Source: Candidatus Bathyarchaeota archaeon (GTDB taxonomy: Archaea > Thermoproteota > Bathyarchaeia > Bathyarchaeales > Bathycorpusculaceae). Taken from it: a stretch of 64,000 nt of DNA. Made by a program: the position numbers and the translations under genes. Shown here one piece after another: positions 19,872 through 29,493 of the stretch. The DNA lies in contig CAVTBV010000012.1 in assembly GCA_963733095.1 (NCBI GenBank), positions 256,001 to 320,000 on the forward strand, read 5' to 3'. The notes beneath the pieces are model-generated. The model did not search any database and had not been told where the DNA came from. It saw nothing but the letters and a program-made list of their open reading frames with translations. How positions within the stretch are numbered: position 1 is the first letter of the stretch; each line of letters opens with the position of its first letter.

Positions 19872-20766
19872 AGAGAGAACCAACCCATCAAGAAATTAAG
19901 TTCCTCAAAATTCTGAGGAAAATGAATACCAAATAGGTTTCTGGATAAAGGGATTATCTACACCAGAAGAAAAAATAGTTTTTAATGATGCGCTTATTGT
20001 TAAAGGAGAACCTAAGAAAGCAGTAACTAAAATATTTTTTAAAACTACAAATAAAAATACTAAAGATAAATTTGAAATCAAAGAGAAGAAAATTCTAGGG
20101 AATATTTTTCAGATATATGGATTAGTCTCCAATAGTAGTATTGAAGTGCCATCAGGTTATTGCGCTTCTCCAATTACAAAGGATATTCCATTTGGAACCA
20201 TGAAGTTTACGTTTATTACTTCTGAAGATATACCTGATGAAAAAAGGAAACAAAGAAACAAGTCATTTATTGAAAAGGCAGTTATAAAATATTACGCTTT
20301 AAGCAGTATCTTTGAAAACAAAGATAGAGTATTCTTGAGAAATTCTATTGATTATTATAACCGTTCTTTAAAAGACGATAGATTGGAAGAAAAGCTAATC
20401 GATCTTATGATTGCTCTAGAATCTTTAGTTTCTAACAATGAGAAAGATGAATTAGCCTTGAGATATTCGCTTAGAATTGCATTTCTTGTAAGCGTTGGAA
20501 ATGAGACTAATCGCCCAGAAATTTTCAAGATGGTTAAAACACTATATGATAAACGAAGCAAAATCGTTCATGGAGAGAGTGAAGTGAAATTGGATTTTAC
20601 TGAAGTATATGCATTCCAAGAAATAATTAATCGCGCTATACGAAGGCTCATCTACATTAAACAGTCAAAAGATGATTTCTATAAACTATTAGATCAAGCA
20701 ATTTATGATCAAAGTAAAAAACAAGTTTTTGATGAAGTGGTCAAAGAAGCTATTAGGCAATGGTAA
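19869..20766 (+). pseudogene. Apea-like HEPN domain protein with 5' frameshift
   Basis: LMIALESLV and LYDKRSKIVHG (RxxxxH). The frame is open from 19900, but ATG 19869 is in another frame and stops after 15 codons. Confidence 0.75.
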
Positions 20767-20940
20767 AAACTCGCTAGTTAGTTCCTAGGTAGTGATATGT
20801 ATAGTAGTGCTATGGGCAGTACTTCGAGGCATCGAAGCATCAATCCACGTATAGATAAATGGGAAACTTTGCTTATTTCAGCATAGATTTGAGATTACTT
20901 TCACAGAGCATAAACGCTTTAAGCAAACGATAGACTAAGA
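20767..20940 (+). repeat. ~175-bp non-coding intergenic repeat, copy B
   Basis: GCTAGTTAGTTCCTAGGTAGTGATAT...CATCGAAGCA...ATAGACTAA; starts right after the HEPN stop codon. Confidence 0.85.
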
Positions 20941-20957
20941 ATGAGGTTGAGTAAGGC

Positions 20958-21404
20958 ATGTCTCTAATCGATGCATTAACTATCTCTGTGGCTGTAGCCA
21001 GTGGAATAATTATACCAGTAGCTTTAGCGTATAGACCAGAGGACATTCCCTTTAAACTCATAAGGCACGATAGCTCAGTGGACAAACCCATTAAGAGCAA
21101 AACAGCCATTGAAGTTTCTCACCCAGATAAAGCCATAACAAAATGTAGGGTACTCTACAAAGGGCATGCGCTTTTGTGTGATGAAAGTAATCAGCTATAC
21201 GTCACTGTTTTAGCTCAGGGATCAGCACTTTTCCGTATCCCATTAAACTTAGAGGATAATGAAGCAAAGATTATAGTGAAAAATGGAAGGCATGTTTTAA
21301 GAAAAGAAAAACTGAAAAACTTAGAGAAAATAGTGGAGCCGATAAAACCAGAGCCTAAGAAACCAAAGATCGGAAGATCACCATATCAAGGGATTGTATT
21401 TTAA
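20958..21404 (+). CDS. N-terminal TM-anchored beta-rich hypothetical protein
   Basis: Hydrophobic N-terminus, beta-strand pattern, Pro/Lys-rich tail. Confidence 0.7.
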   Translation: MSLIDALTISVAVASGIIIPVALAYRPEDIPFKLIRHDSSVDKPIKSKTAIEVSHPDKAITKCRVLYKGHALLCDESNQLYVTVLAQGSALFRIPLNLEDNEAKIIVKNGRHVLRKEKLKNLEKIVEPIKPEPKKPKIGRSPYQGIVF

Positions 21405-21726
21405 ACTGATCTATCTTTGGTCCCTAATCTAAATTAAAAAACTAGATGTGGGCATTTTGAGTGTATTTTTCCAATATTCAAATACATACCTGAAACGATC
21501 ATTTTACTGCCTCACACTCAATTCCGAGTATATAAGAACATAGACTTTAAGCAAGAAAAAACTACAGTTAGCTATCAAGTTGAAAGAGAGAGTATTTATT
21601 AGCAACAGGTTAGTATTTTGCTTAATTAAACAGTATAATTAGTCAATGAGTAGTAAAGATTTCAATACTGAGGTTCTTACTACTTATTAATTAAACCCAT
21701 ACTGCATAAGGTAAAGGCGAACAACT

Positions 21727-22068
21727 GTGTCCATAGCAACCAAACTAAAAACCTTCAAGACTCTCGAACTGGCATCCTTAGCCTTCTTTGCCCTCTCAGG
21801 CTTAATCCTGCTGGTTTCACTACCCCTTACAAGTTATCCACCGCACCTTGCCTTCTTGGGAATCCTAAGCTTGATAACCGCTTACTGCCTCTTCACCAAA
21901 CGGGCGTGGGCACCCTGGTTAGTCGCCATCCTGTTAATCACCAACACCGCATTTTCGCTAGACATCCTGATTTCAGCGGGCTTTAGCAACATTCTTGTTG
22001 GGTTAAGTATGATAGCTTACGCTGTTTTAACATGGATAGTTACGGCTTATCTGCTACTGAAAAGATAA
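21727..22068 (+). CDS. 4-TM membrane protein
   Basis: Four hydrophobic helices; composition returns to host-like. Confidence 0.75.
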   Translation: MSIATKLKTFKTLELASLAFFALSGLILLVSLPLTSYPPHLAFLGILSLITAYCLFTKRAWAPWLVAILLITNTAFSLDILISAGFSNILVGLSMIAYAVLTWIVTAYLLLKR

Positions 22069-22069
22069 G

Positions 22070-23320
22070 CTAAGTTTTAGCGACGGCCCCCCGAAAGAGC
22101 ACGACCGCTACTTCTTGGTCCGAATCTACGAACTGCTCGTTTTCAGCTATCTCCACAAACCCATCAGCGTTAGCTAAAGTGGTAATTGCACCTGAAGCCC
22201 CAACCTCCAGAGGCTGCGCAATTAAGCGGCATTCTTTATCAAACTCTAAACGCACCATCACAAAGGTTCGCCTGCCCTTGGCACTAAACATTCGCAACCC
22301 GGCAAACGCCCTAACCACCTTCATGGCGCCTGCAGGTCTACCTGCTAACCTTTGAATCAGTGGTCTTGCAAGCAAATAGAAAATCAGCAAAGCCGACGTA
22401 GGGTGACCAGGCAACGAAAACACTGGTTTGCCGTCGACGAATCCGACGGTTGTGGGTTTGCCAGGCTTCACCGCTATACCATAAACAACGATGCCGGGCT
22501 TGCCAAGCGAATCCACAATTTGGGGAGTATAGTCGCGGGGACCAACTGAGACTCCGCCCGAGGTAATCAGCATATCCGCTGAAGCTACCGCCGTGTGCAA
22601 AGCTTTAGCCAATGCGGCTTTGTCGTCGGGGACCACGCCGAAGTAGACGGGTTTTCCGCCGCTTTCGATGACGGCGGTGCTTATGCTGTAGGCGTTGATG
22701 TCGTAGATTTTTCCTGGCGGCAAAGGTTTGCCAGGCTCCGTGACTTCCCCACCAGTTGACAACACCGCGACTATCGGGATTTTCAGAACTTTAACTTGAG
22801 TCAAGCCCAAAGCGGCTAAAACCCCAATTTCAGAAGAACCCAAAACCTGCCCCTTCTTTAGCACCACGGAGCCCTTCTTGAGGTCTGAGCCCTTCTTCAT
22901 AACATTCTCGTTTGCCGTAACCGCGCCAAAAACCTGCAAATCTGCATCTTCCCGCTCAGTATCCTCCACCATGACCACCGCGTCTGCACCCTCAGGAATC
23001 GGAGCACCAGTAGCGATTTCAACCGCCTCACCCTTAGCCACTTTAACGTTGGGTTGCTCACCAGCAATGACGGCGCCAGAAATCTTGAGGATTACAGGCT
23101 GGTTTTCGTCTGCTCCAAACGTATCCCCAGCTCTCACGGCGTAGCCATCCACGGTTGAACGGTTAAACGGCGGAATATCCAGCAACGAAACCACATCCTC
23201 ACTTAGCACGCGGTTGTAAGCTTCCAAAAGCACCGCCTCTTCTTCACCCAAAAAAACCGGCTTAAACTCCTCATCTATCTTTCTTTTGGCTTCATCAAAA
23301 GTCATGAGTTTTCTAAACAT
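22070..23320 (-). CDS. moeA: Molybdopterin molybdenumtransferase MoeA (copy 2)
   Basis: PPFNRSTVDGYAV, IATGAPIPEGADAVVMVE, TSGGVSVG and LPGHP motifs. Confidence 0.93.
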   Translation of the reverse strand: MFRKLMTFDEAKRKIDEEFKPVFLGEEEAVLLEAYNRVLSEDVVSLLDIPPFNRSTVDGYAVRAGDTFGADENQPVILKISGAVIAGEQPNVKVAKGEAVEIATGAPIPEGADAVVMVEDTEREDADLQVFGAVTANENVMKKGSDLKKGSVVLKKGQVLGSSEIGVLAALGLTQVKVLKIPIVAVLSTGGEVTEPGKPLPPGKIYDINAYSISTAVIESGGKPVYFGVVPDDKAALAKALHTAVASADMLITSGGVSVGPRDYTPQIVDSLGKPGIVVYGIAVKPGKPTTVGFVDGKPVFSLPGHPTSALLIFYLLARPLIQRLAGRPAGAMKVVRAFAGLRMFSAKGRRTFVMVRLEFDKECRLIAQPLEVGASGAITTLANADGFVEIAENEQFVDSDQEVAVVLFRGAVAKT

Positions 23321-24560
23321 CGTTTGTTTCCCCTAAACTGCCGAACATTTGCACAATTACAGCTTCGCCTTCCAATATGCCCTCGCGGTTTTCAGGAACA
23401 ACCACGTAACCGTTGCTCTGCGTCATTGTGGAAATAGAACCCGACCCCTTCGCACTGACTGGTTCAGCAACCAACTCACCATTTTTCATAGCAACCCGAA
23501 CACGGACGTAGGTTTTTCTTCCCAAAACACTCGTAATTCTTCTCGCCAAAACTGCTTTAACGATTGGTCTTGGCTCGGTTTGGCTCATTCCAAGCATCTT
23601 GCAGATTAGGGGTCTACCGAAGACTTCAAAGCCGATAACAGCAGCCACAGGATTGCCCGACAAAATCAAAACAGGCTTACTCTCCAACACGCCGACAGCA
23701 GTAGGCATCGCAGGACGCAACGCAACGCCATGAATGACGACGCCTGGTTTCCCAAGCCCATCTACCACATCGGGCACCAAGTCAAATCCACCAACACTTG
23801 TTCCACCCGTGGTGATGACAATATCATGGTTTTCGAGACCATTCTGGATTTTTTGGGAGATCTCGTCGGTGTTGTCTTTGGCTATTCCAAGGTCAGTTGT
23901 TTGGGCACCAAGTTCATTGCACATGGCCGATACCATGGTTTTGTTTGAATCGTAAATTTGATTTTTCGCACGTTCTGTGCCGACTTCAGCTATTTCGTTG
24001 CCTGTTGCTATGATGGCGATTTTGGGTTTTTCTGCGACTTTTAACTGGGTGTGTCCCAGTGCTGCAGCTAAACCTAAATGGTATGGGTTTAAGCGCGTAC
24101 CCCCTTTAACAATGAGGTTGCCCTCTTTGATGTCTTCACCTACCTTGGAAACGTTGGTCCAAGGTGCAAGTTGACTCCAAACCTCCAATTGCTCATCTAT
24201 CTTCTGTGTTTTTTCAATCATAACAACTACATCTGCACCGTCAGGGATTGGATGTCCAGTCCAAATTTGCTTGGCTTGTCCAAAGTTAATCTGGTCTGCT
24301 TGAGTTAGTTGAAGAATTACTGGCTTAGATTGGGAAGCACCCATTAAATCGGCTGATTTTACAGCATAGCCATCCATGGCCGACTTGTCAAAGCGCGGCA
24401 ATGCCTCTTGAGCCGTAAGGTCTTCGGTTAAGACGCGTCCGAGTGCGTCCTGCAGACTTACCAGAGTTTCTTTGGGTTTGCCAATCTGCAGGACACTAAA
24501 CCAAGTTTGTAGGGCTTGGTCAGTTAATGTTAGTTTTTGGAATCCTTTGAGTTTCACCAA
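23313..24560 (-). CDS. moeA: Molybdopterin molybdenumtransferase MoeA (copy 1)
   Basis: PRFDKSAMDGYAV, TGGTSVG and LSGNP motifs; tandem pair typical of archaea. Confidence 0.93.
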   Translation of the reverse strand: MVKLKGFQKLTLTDQALQTWFSVLQIGKPKETLVSLQDALGRVLTEDLTAQEALPRFDKSAMDGYAVKSADLMGASQSKPVILQLTQADQINFGQAKQIWTGHPIPDGADVVVMIEKTQKIDEQLEVWSQLAPWTNVSKVGEDIKEGNLIVKGGTRLNPYHLGLAAALGHTQLKVAEKPKIAIIATGNEIAEVGTERAKNQIYDSNKTMVSAMCNELGAQTTDLGIAKDNTDEISQKIQNGLENHDIVITTGGTSVGGFDLVPDVVDGLGKPGVVIHGVALRPAMPTAVGVLESKPVLILSGNPVAAVIGFEVFGRPLICKMLGMSQTEPRPIVKAVLARRITSVLGRKTYVRVRVAMKNGELVAEPVSAKGSGSISTMTQSNGYVVVPENREGILEGEAVIVQMFGSLGETNDV

Positions 24561-24696
24561 AACGGTTCCCTTAACAAAGCACTAGCGAATTAACGTAAAA
24601 AAACATATCGAACCAAAAACACCGTAAACATCAGGTTTTAGAAAAGCCCATTACGTGGAGCCTTCAGCAGTTGTTTTCTTCACTTTCTAAAAAGAA

Positions 24697-26001
24697 TTAA
24701 CCAGAAGTTGTGGGTCCAACAACTGTCGCTGAACTTTCAGTCAAGGATAAAAGCCAAGCTGAAACCACCAAGCAAGCGGCAGAAATGATGAAGGTGATAT
24801 AGAACCCCAAGTAGAATGAAAGGAACCCCGACAAGAATGAACCCATCATCGCTGCTGCACCAGCCAAAGCGCTGTAGACGCCTAAGGATGAACCGTTACG
24901 TCTTGGACTAAGTGAATTAAAAACCATGGTGTTTGATGCGGTATAGTAAATTGAATAAGCAATGCCTGAAGCTAAGGGATAAAAAATTAAAACTGGAAGT
25001 AAAAACCAAAACCCAGTTAAAAAGTAGGCAAAGACACCCATCATTCCGTATGCACCAGCTCGGAGTACTAATCCCCAAATGGCGCTTTTAACAGGCGACT
25101 TTTTCTCAGTGTACGGTCCAGCAAACTTAAAAGAAATTATCTGCACAACCATTCCCAGCATTATGACCGAAAAAATCAGCAAGTTAGAAATCCCAATGGC
25201 ATCCAAAGCGGGTACCAATGAAGTGTTGAAGATCCCCGAAGATAAGAAAAAGGCAAAAATGGCGAGGTAAAGCAGGGCAGTGTGCCGGATAAGTTCATGC
25301 CGAAGGCTTCTAAATAAGCGCTCAAAATCGTTTGGATGCGGAATTTTCAAAAACAAGTAGGGAGATTGCCGGAGTCTGTGGAAGAAACCTTGCTTGTGCA
25401 TAACTAAAACTTGGCGTTCGAAAACAATTTGTGGTTCTTTAATCAGAAATGTTGCTAGCCCGGCTGAAATCAACGATGAAACAGCTAAAGGAATTACCAA
25501 AAAGTCCAGAGGAATGTAAAATGACCAGACCATGCCCAAGAGTAAGCCAAGTGTTTGTCCGACACTGGATATCATAGAAAACTTGGCAAACGCTGAAGCC
25601 CACTTAGGTTTCTGCTCAGTCTCCATAACCAGCAAGTTAAGCGGCGTAGTTGAAGCTGTGGTCGCGAAAGAAAATAGTGCATACAGAAAAGAAAGCCAAT
25701 AGCCTGTTCTTGCAAACAAAAACAACGCGAGAAGTAAGGGTGTTACCAGAAAACTAGCCAGAATCAGGGGGCGGCGTTGCTGGAAACGGTCCGTTACAAA
25801 GCCCCAGAATAATGCTGCAGGAACACTTACAGCGTTAAACAAGGTCAATGCTAGTCCGACTTCCACGACGGTTCCGTTGAAATTCAAGATTAGCAGTTGA
25901 ACCAGAGTGCTTACGGGTCCCAGTGCGATGTTAAAGGGTAGAACCGAGTTTACCCACGCTGACCTGCTCCCACCCTTGGAAGTCCCAGAATTCAAGGTCA
26001 A
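24697..26001 (-). CDS. MFS transporter
   Basis: About 12 TM helices; WGFVTDRFQQRR motif A. Confidence 0.88.
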   Translation of the reverse strand: MTLNSGTSKGGSRSAWVNSVLPFNIALGPVSTLVQLLILNFNGTVVEVGLALTLFNAVSVPAALFWGFVTDRFQQRRPLILASFLVTPLLLALFLFARTGYWLSFLYALFSFATTASTTPLNLLVMETEQKPKWASAFAKFSMISSVGQTLGLLLGMVWSFYIPLDFLVIPLAVSSLISAGLATFLIKEPQIVFERQVLVMHKQGFFHRLRQSPYLFLKIPHPNDFERLFRSLRHELIRHTALLYLAIFAFFLSSGIFNTSLVPALDAIGISNLLIFSVIMLGMVVQIISFKFAGPYTEKKSPVKSAIWGLVLRAGAYGMMGVFAYFLTGFWFLLPVLIFYPLASGIAYSIYYTASNTMVFNSLSPRRNGSSLGVYSALAGAAAMMGSFLSGFLSFYLGFYITFIISAACLVVSAWLLSLTESSATVVGPTTSG

Positions 26002-26194
26002 ATGAAAGATGTACCCTCCACAAAGAATAGGACAACTTGCTCAGTAGCTAAGACTAAATCTGAACTCATGAACAGAAACACATCTAAACAACGTAAAAAG
26101 AATTATCATCCTAATGACATTATTTTCGCATAATCAACAATTGTAGTAGGTAACCTATAGAACAGAAAGGGAATGTAGCGAACAACGAAAAAAA

Positions 26195-26707
26195 TTATTT
26201 TTTAGCTGCTTCGCTGGTCATTTTCTTGAGGAATTCTTTTATCCCATCAGGCTGACCGTAAACAACCAGGCGCCCATCTTTTTGGGGATTAACTGCGAGG
26301 TTTTGTGTCTTGGCCATTTGCAGTATTCGGTCAGTTGGCAGAGTCTGGATTGGTTCCACGCGGACCCATTTTTGGTCTCTGGGAACACCCGTGACAAATT
26401 TGTTTTCTGATTCTTCTTCGCAGATTCCAGCATTGGCTTCCTCCAGACGCCTAAGCCATGCGTCAACTTTTTCTACCCCAAAAATTTTTTGAGCTTCCGT
26501 CACTAGGAAAGCCTCCACATTTGCGGACAATTCTTCAGCTTTTTCGAGAGCGTCGCCAACGCCTATGGCTTGAGTGCAATGGAGTTTTATCATGGATTTT
26601 GCTGACCTCAAATCCCCCAGAATATTTTCTGGGACAACTACGCCTTGTTTCTTTAGGTCGATAGTCATTTCTTCAAGAAGTTTCCAATATGCCATGTTAT
26701 GACCCAT
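26195..26707 (-). CDS. DUF2096-like archaeal conserved protein
   Basis: WKLLEEM...DLRSAKSMI...FVTGVPRDQKWVRV...LVVYG pattern. Confidence 0.7.
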   Translation of the reverse strand: MGHNMAYWKLLEEMTIDLKKQGVVVPENILGDLRSAKSMIKLHCTQAIGVGDALEKAEELSANVEAFLVTEAQKIFGVEKVDAWLRRLEEANAGICEEESENKFVTGVPRDQKWVRVEPIQTLPTDRILQMAKTQNLAVNPQKDGRLVVYGQPDGIKEFLKKMTSEAAKK

Positions 26708-26858
26708 AACTGATACCTAAAGTATGTTAGGCTTTTTCGTTATTAAGGATTTTATTAGGGGTTATTGGAAAGGAATAAATCAGCTCAGTGATTTGTAATA
26801 TTTGGCGAAGTCACTTTGCCGGCAGGAACTTAGTTTTTGGGATTTTGAGGAATTGTAG

Positions 26859-28235
26859 ATGAAAGTAAAAATTGTCAAGTCTGAGGGTTTGGCCCACAAC
26901 AGTTACTTTTTAGTTGACCGGGATGAAGCGGTTGTTATTGACCCACGTCGTGATTGTGAAATTTACACGCAGCTTGCCAAAGAAGAATGCGCAAAAATAA
27001 GGTATATCCTTGAAACCCACAGAAATGAGGATTATGTGGTGGGTTCGTTTGAGCTGCAGAATATGACGGAAGCAGAAATCGGACACAGCCACAAATTGCC
27101 GTTCAAGTATGGAGAACACAACTTGGCGGACGGCGACAGCTTAAACGTGGGCAACCTCACAATCAAAGCTCTATTCACGCCGGGGCACACAAACGAATCC
27201 CTAAGCTACCCTATTTATGTACCCGGAAACAGTGAAGCTCTGATGGTTTTTATTGGTGACACTCTCTTTGCTGGCTCTGTGGGACGAACCGACCTCTACG
27301 GCAAAACAGTCCAGCCCGCACAAGCCGAAAAACTATACAGCAGCCTACACGAAAAACTACTCCCACTCGGCGATCACGTTCTCGTTTACCCCTCGCATGG
27401 AGCGGGTAGCGTTTGCGGTCATGGTATAGGTGGGATGGAGCCAACCACGTTGGGTTATGAGAAGAAAACCAATCCCTACCTGCAGCTGAGCGAGGAAAAT
27501 TTCATCAAAAAAGTGTCCGCCGAAGAGTTGGTTGTGCCTCGCTACTTCAAGAAGATGGAAGAATTCAACTTGAACGGTCCACCGCTACTAAGCGAGCTAT
27601 CTTACCCCAAACCGCTCTCGCTGCTTGAGTTTGAGGAAGAAATGCATGAACAAAACATTGTATGTATGGACACACGTTTGCCCTACGCTTTTGCAGGGTC
27701 CCACATTCCTGATTCACTTAGTATGTGGCTTGGCGGAACCAGCGTCTACCCCGGGTGGCTCCTTGACACCAACCAATACATCATCTTTATCCATGAACGC
27801 CCGAGCGACATAGATATTGTAGCTCCGAGGTTAAGGCGACTAGGGTTTGATAACATGTGTGGGTACCTTTGCGGTGGTATGAACGAGTGGCAGGAAGCAG
27901 GTAAACCCATCAGCAGTTTCGGCACAATGTCGGCGACGGAGCTCAAGGAGAAGTTGGGCAAAAACGAGGTTTTGCTTTTGGACGTGAGGGACCCGCCAGA
28001 ATGGACAGAAGACGGTTACACTAAAGAAGCGACCAGAATCTTTTTTGCTGATTTACCAGAAAAGACAGATTCTCTGCCAAAAAACAAACCGATTGCAGTG
28101 ACTTGCTCTGTGGGCAACCGCTCCAGCATCGGCGCAAGCATACTTGAGAGAAAAGGCTTCCAGAACATTAGTAATGTCCTTGGCGGAATGACTGCTTGGA
28201 ATAACCTTGGCTATCCACTAAAGAATGAACTTTAG
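26859..28235 (+). CDS. MBL-fold hydrolase with two rhodanese domains (persulfide dioxygenase-like)
   Basis: ETHRNEDY, TPGHT, GDTLF, HGAGS; C-terminal LDVR...CSVGNRS...GGMTAW. Confidence 0.9.
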   Translation: MKVKIVKSEGLAHNSYFLVDRDEAVVIDPRRDCEIYTQLAKEECAKIRYILETHRNEDYVVGSFELQNMTEAEIGHSHKLPFKYGEHNLADGDSLNVGNLTIKALFTPGHTNESLSYPIYVPGNSEALMVFIGDTLFAGSVGRTDLYGKTVQPAQAEKLYSSLHEKLLPLGDHVLVYPSHGAGSVCGHGIGGMEPTTLGYEKKTNPYLQLSEENFIKKVSAEELVVPRYFKKMEEFNLNGPPLLSELSYPKPLSLLEFEEEMHEQNIVCMDTRLPYAFAGSHIPDSLSMWLGGTSVYPGWLLDTNQYIIFIHERPSDIDIVAPRLRRLGFDNMCGYLCGGMNEWQEAGKPISSFGTMSATELKEKLGKNEVLLLDVRDPPEWTEDGYTKEATRIFFADLPEKTDSLPKNKPIAVTCSVGNRSSIGASILERKGFQNISNVLGGMTAWNNLGYPLKNEL

Positions 28236-28945
28236 CTTTCTTCTTTGGTTTTTAGGGTTTTAGCAATTCTTTTAGAGGCTTCTTTGGGTTCCAAGAGTTC
28301 CTTCAAAAGGTTGTATTGGCGTTGGTAGATGTGGCAGTTTTTTGAATGGAAAATTAACTTTCCGGTTTTCAGTGATAGGTTGCCGCGTTCGTTTATTTCG
28401 TTTACGAAAGCTTCATTGAAAATTTGGAGCCCTGCAATGTTGGCTGGCAAACCGCCGTAGGCGTCCCAGCTGCGGAAGTAGCATGTTAGGTGCATATGGT
28501 TGTCGAGAATTTCCGTGTCGATTAGGCTTAAGCAGGGCGGTTCGCTTTTTTTGTGGTTTTCATCGAATTTTTTTATGTCACTTGGAAGCCTGATAACCAT
28601 TGTAACTTGTCGGTCTCTTTGTTCTTCGACGTATCTTTTTATGGCTTCCTCAACCTGGTTAACAGGGTGATTTAGCCTGCTGCCGTAGGTATAGGTTTCA
28701 TCCTCTTGCTTTTCCCCGCACCACAAATATTCCAACGCGTAACCCTGAACATACTTAAAATCGCATGGTGCTTTATCGCTTACAAGCGGTCGATTCGCAG
28801 GGTTTGTTATTTCGATTGTAAGATTCAGCTTTCTGGTTTCAGTCTCTTCTGAGCCAAAACCCACACGAAAAACATCGCCGTCTTTCCATATGCTGCTTAA
28901 TGTTTTGAACCATGCGTCAGGGCAATCGAAGGCTGAAATCTTCAC
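28232..28945 (-). CDS. thyA: Archaeal thymidylate synthase (ThyA-like)
   Basis: YTYGSRL, PPCL, FRSWD, PAN and HIY motifs. Confidence 0.8.
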   Translation of the reverse strand: MKISAFDCPDAWFKTLSSIWKDGDVFRVGFGSEETETRKLNLTIEITNPANRPLVSDKAPCDFKYVQGYALEYLWCGEKQEDETYTYGSRLNHPVNQVEEAIKRYVEEQRDRQVTMVIRLPSDIKKFDENHKKSEPPCLSLIDTEILDNHMHLTCYFRSWDAYGGLPANIAGLQIFNEAFVNEINERGNLSLKTGKLIFHSKNCHIYQRQYNLLKELLEPKEASKRIAKTLKTKEES

Positions 28946-29493
28946 GTGTTTTATTCAAATCTTCCCCGAATAATGTTACGTGTGTTCATAGTTTAATTGT
29001 TTTTGTATAAGCCCTCAATAGACTGCTTTGCGCTGTCTGGCTACTGCTACTAAATAGAATAATGTGGCAAGTTTAATCAACCAGGCTGACCTCAAAGGAT
29101 AGCGAAGAAAGGAGGGGCTACTTAAAGCAAGTAACCCTCCACAAGAAGGAAGAAATCTTGAGCGACATTATACCTAGAATAATTATTTGTGCACAAACTA
29201 AAGTTCAGAACGAACTAAAAGAGAGGGAGTCATTTGACGAAACCTCTGCGGCTGATGCTGAAGAAGCAAGATAAACTTTAAGGTAATATTGGATTTAATG
29301 GAGAGGAACCGTTTAATCAGCAGAACCCTGTGAAGACAAAGTCTTCATAACGCGGAAAGGTCGAGAAAAATCAGTTGAGAACCCAAAATCCTAAATGTCA
29401 AAGACGCTGCTTGGAAAAATTTAATAAAACTGTTACAGAAATTTGACCAGAACTTGTTTTAAAATTAAATAAAGAAAAGAAAGGTTGGGATGC

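Larger units (their letters stand above)
11300..21650. mobile_element. AT-rich integrated element (defective provirus, plasmid or satellite-like island); boundaries approximate
   Basis: Abrupt shift to AT-rich sequence between DUF488 and the 21727 gene; tyrosine recombinase at the left end; many short ORFans and frameshifts. No clear att repeat found. Confidence 0.85.

Noticed and set aside
19691-20940. The repeat as a CRISPR array or classical integron attC
   Set aside because: There are only two full copies about 1.08 kb apart and no cas genes. No RYYYAAC...GTTRRRY hairpin was seen, and no IntI-specific features were recognised in the recombinase.
11370-21612. TATTAGCA / TTAGCA..GGTT as attL/attR
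   Set aside because: Too short and imperfect to call without an empty-site comparison.
22070-24560. Duplicated moeA as a novelty
   Set aside because: Tandem MoeA paralogues are common in archaea.
29122-29274. 50-codon open frame behind a GGAGGGG RBS-like sequence
   Set aside because: It has no valid start codon (TTA) and no recognisable motif; at most a remnant.
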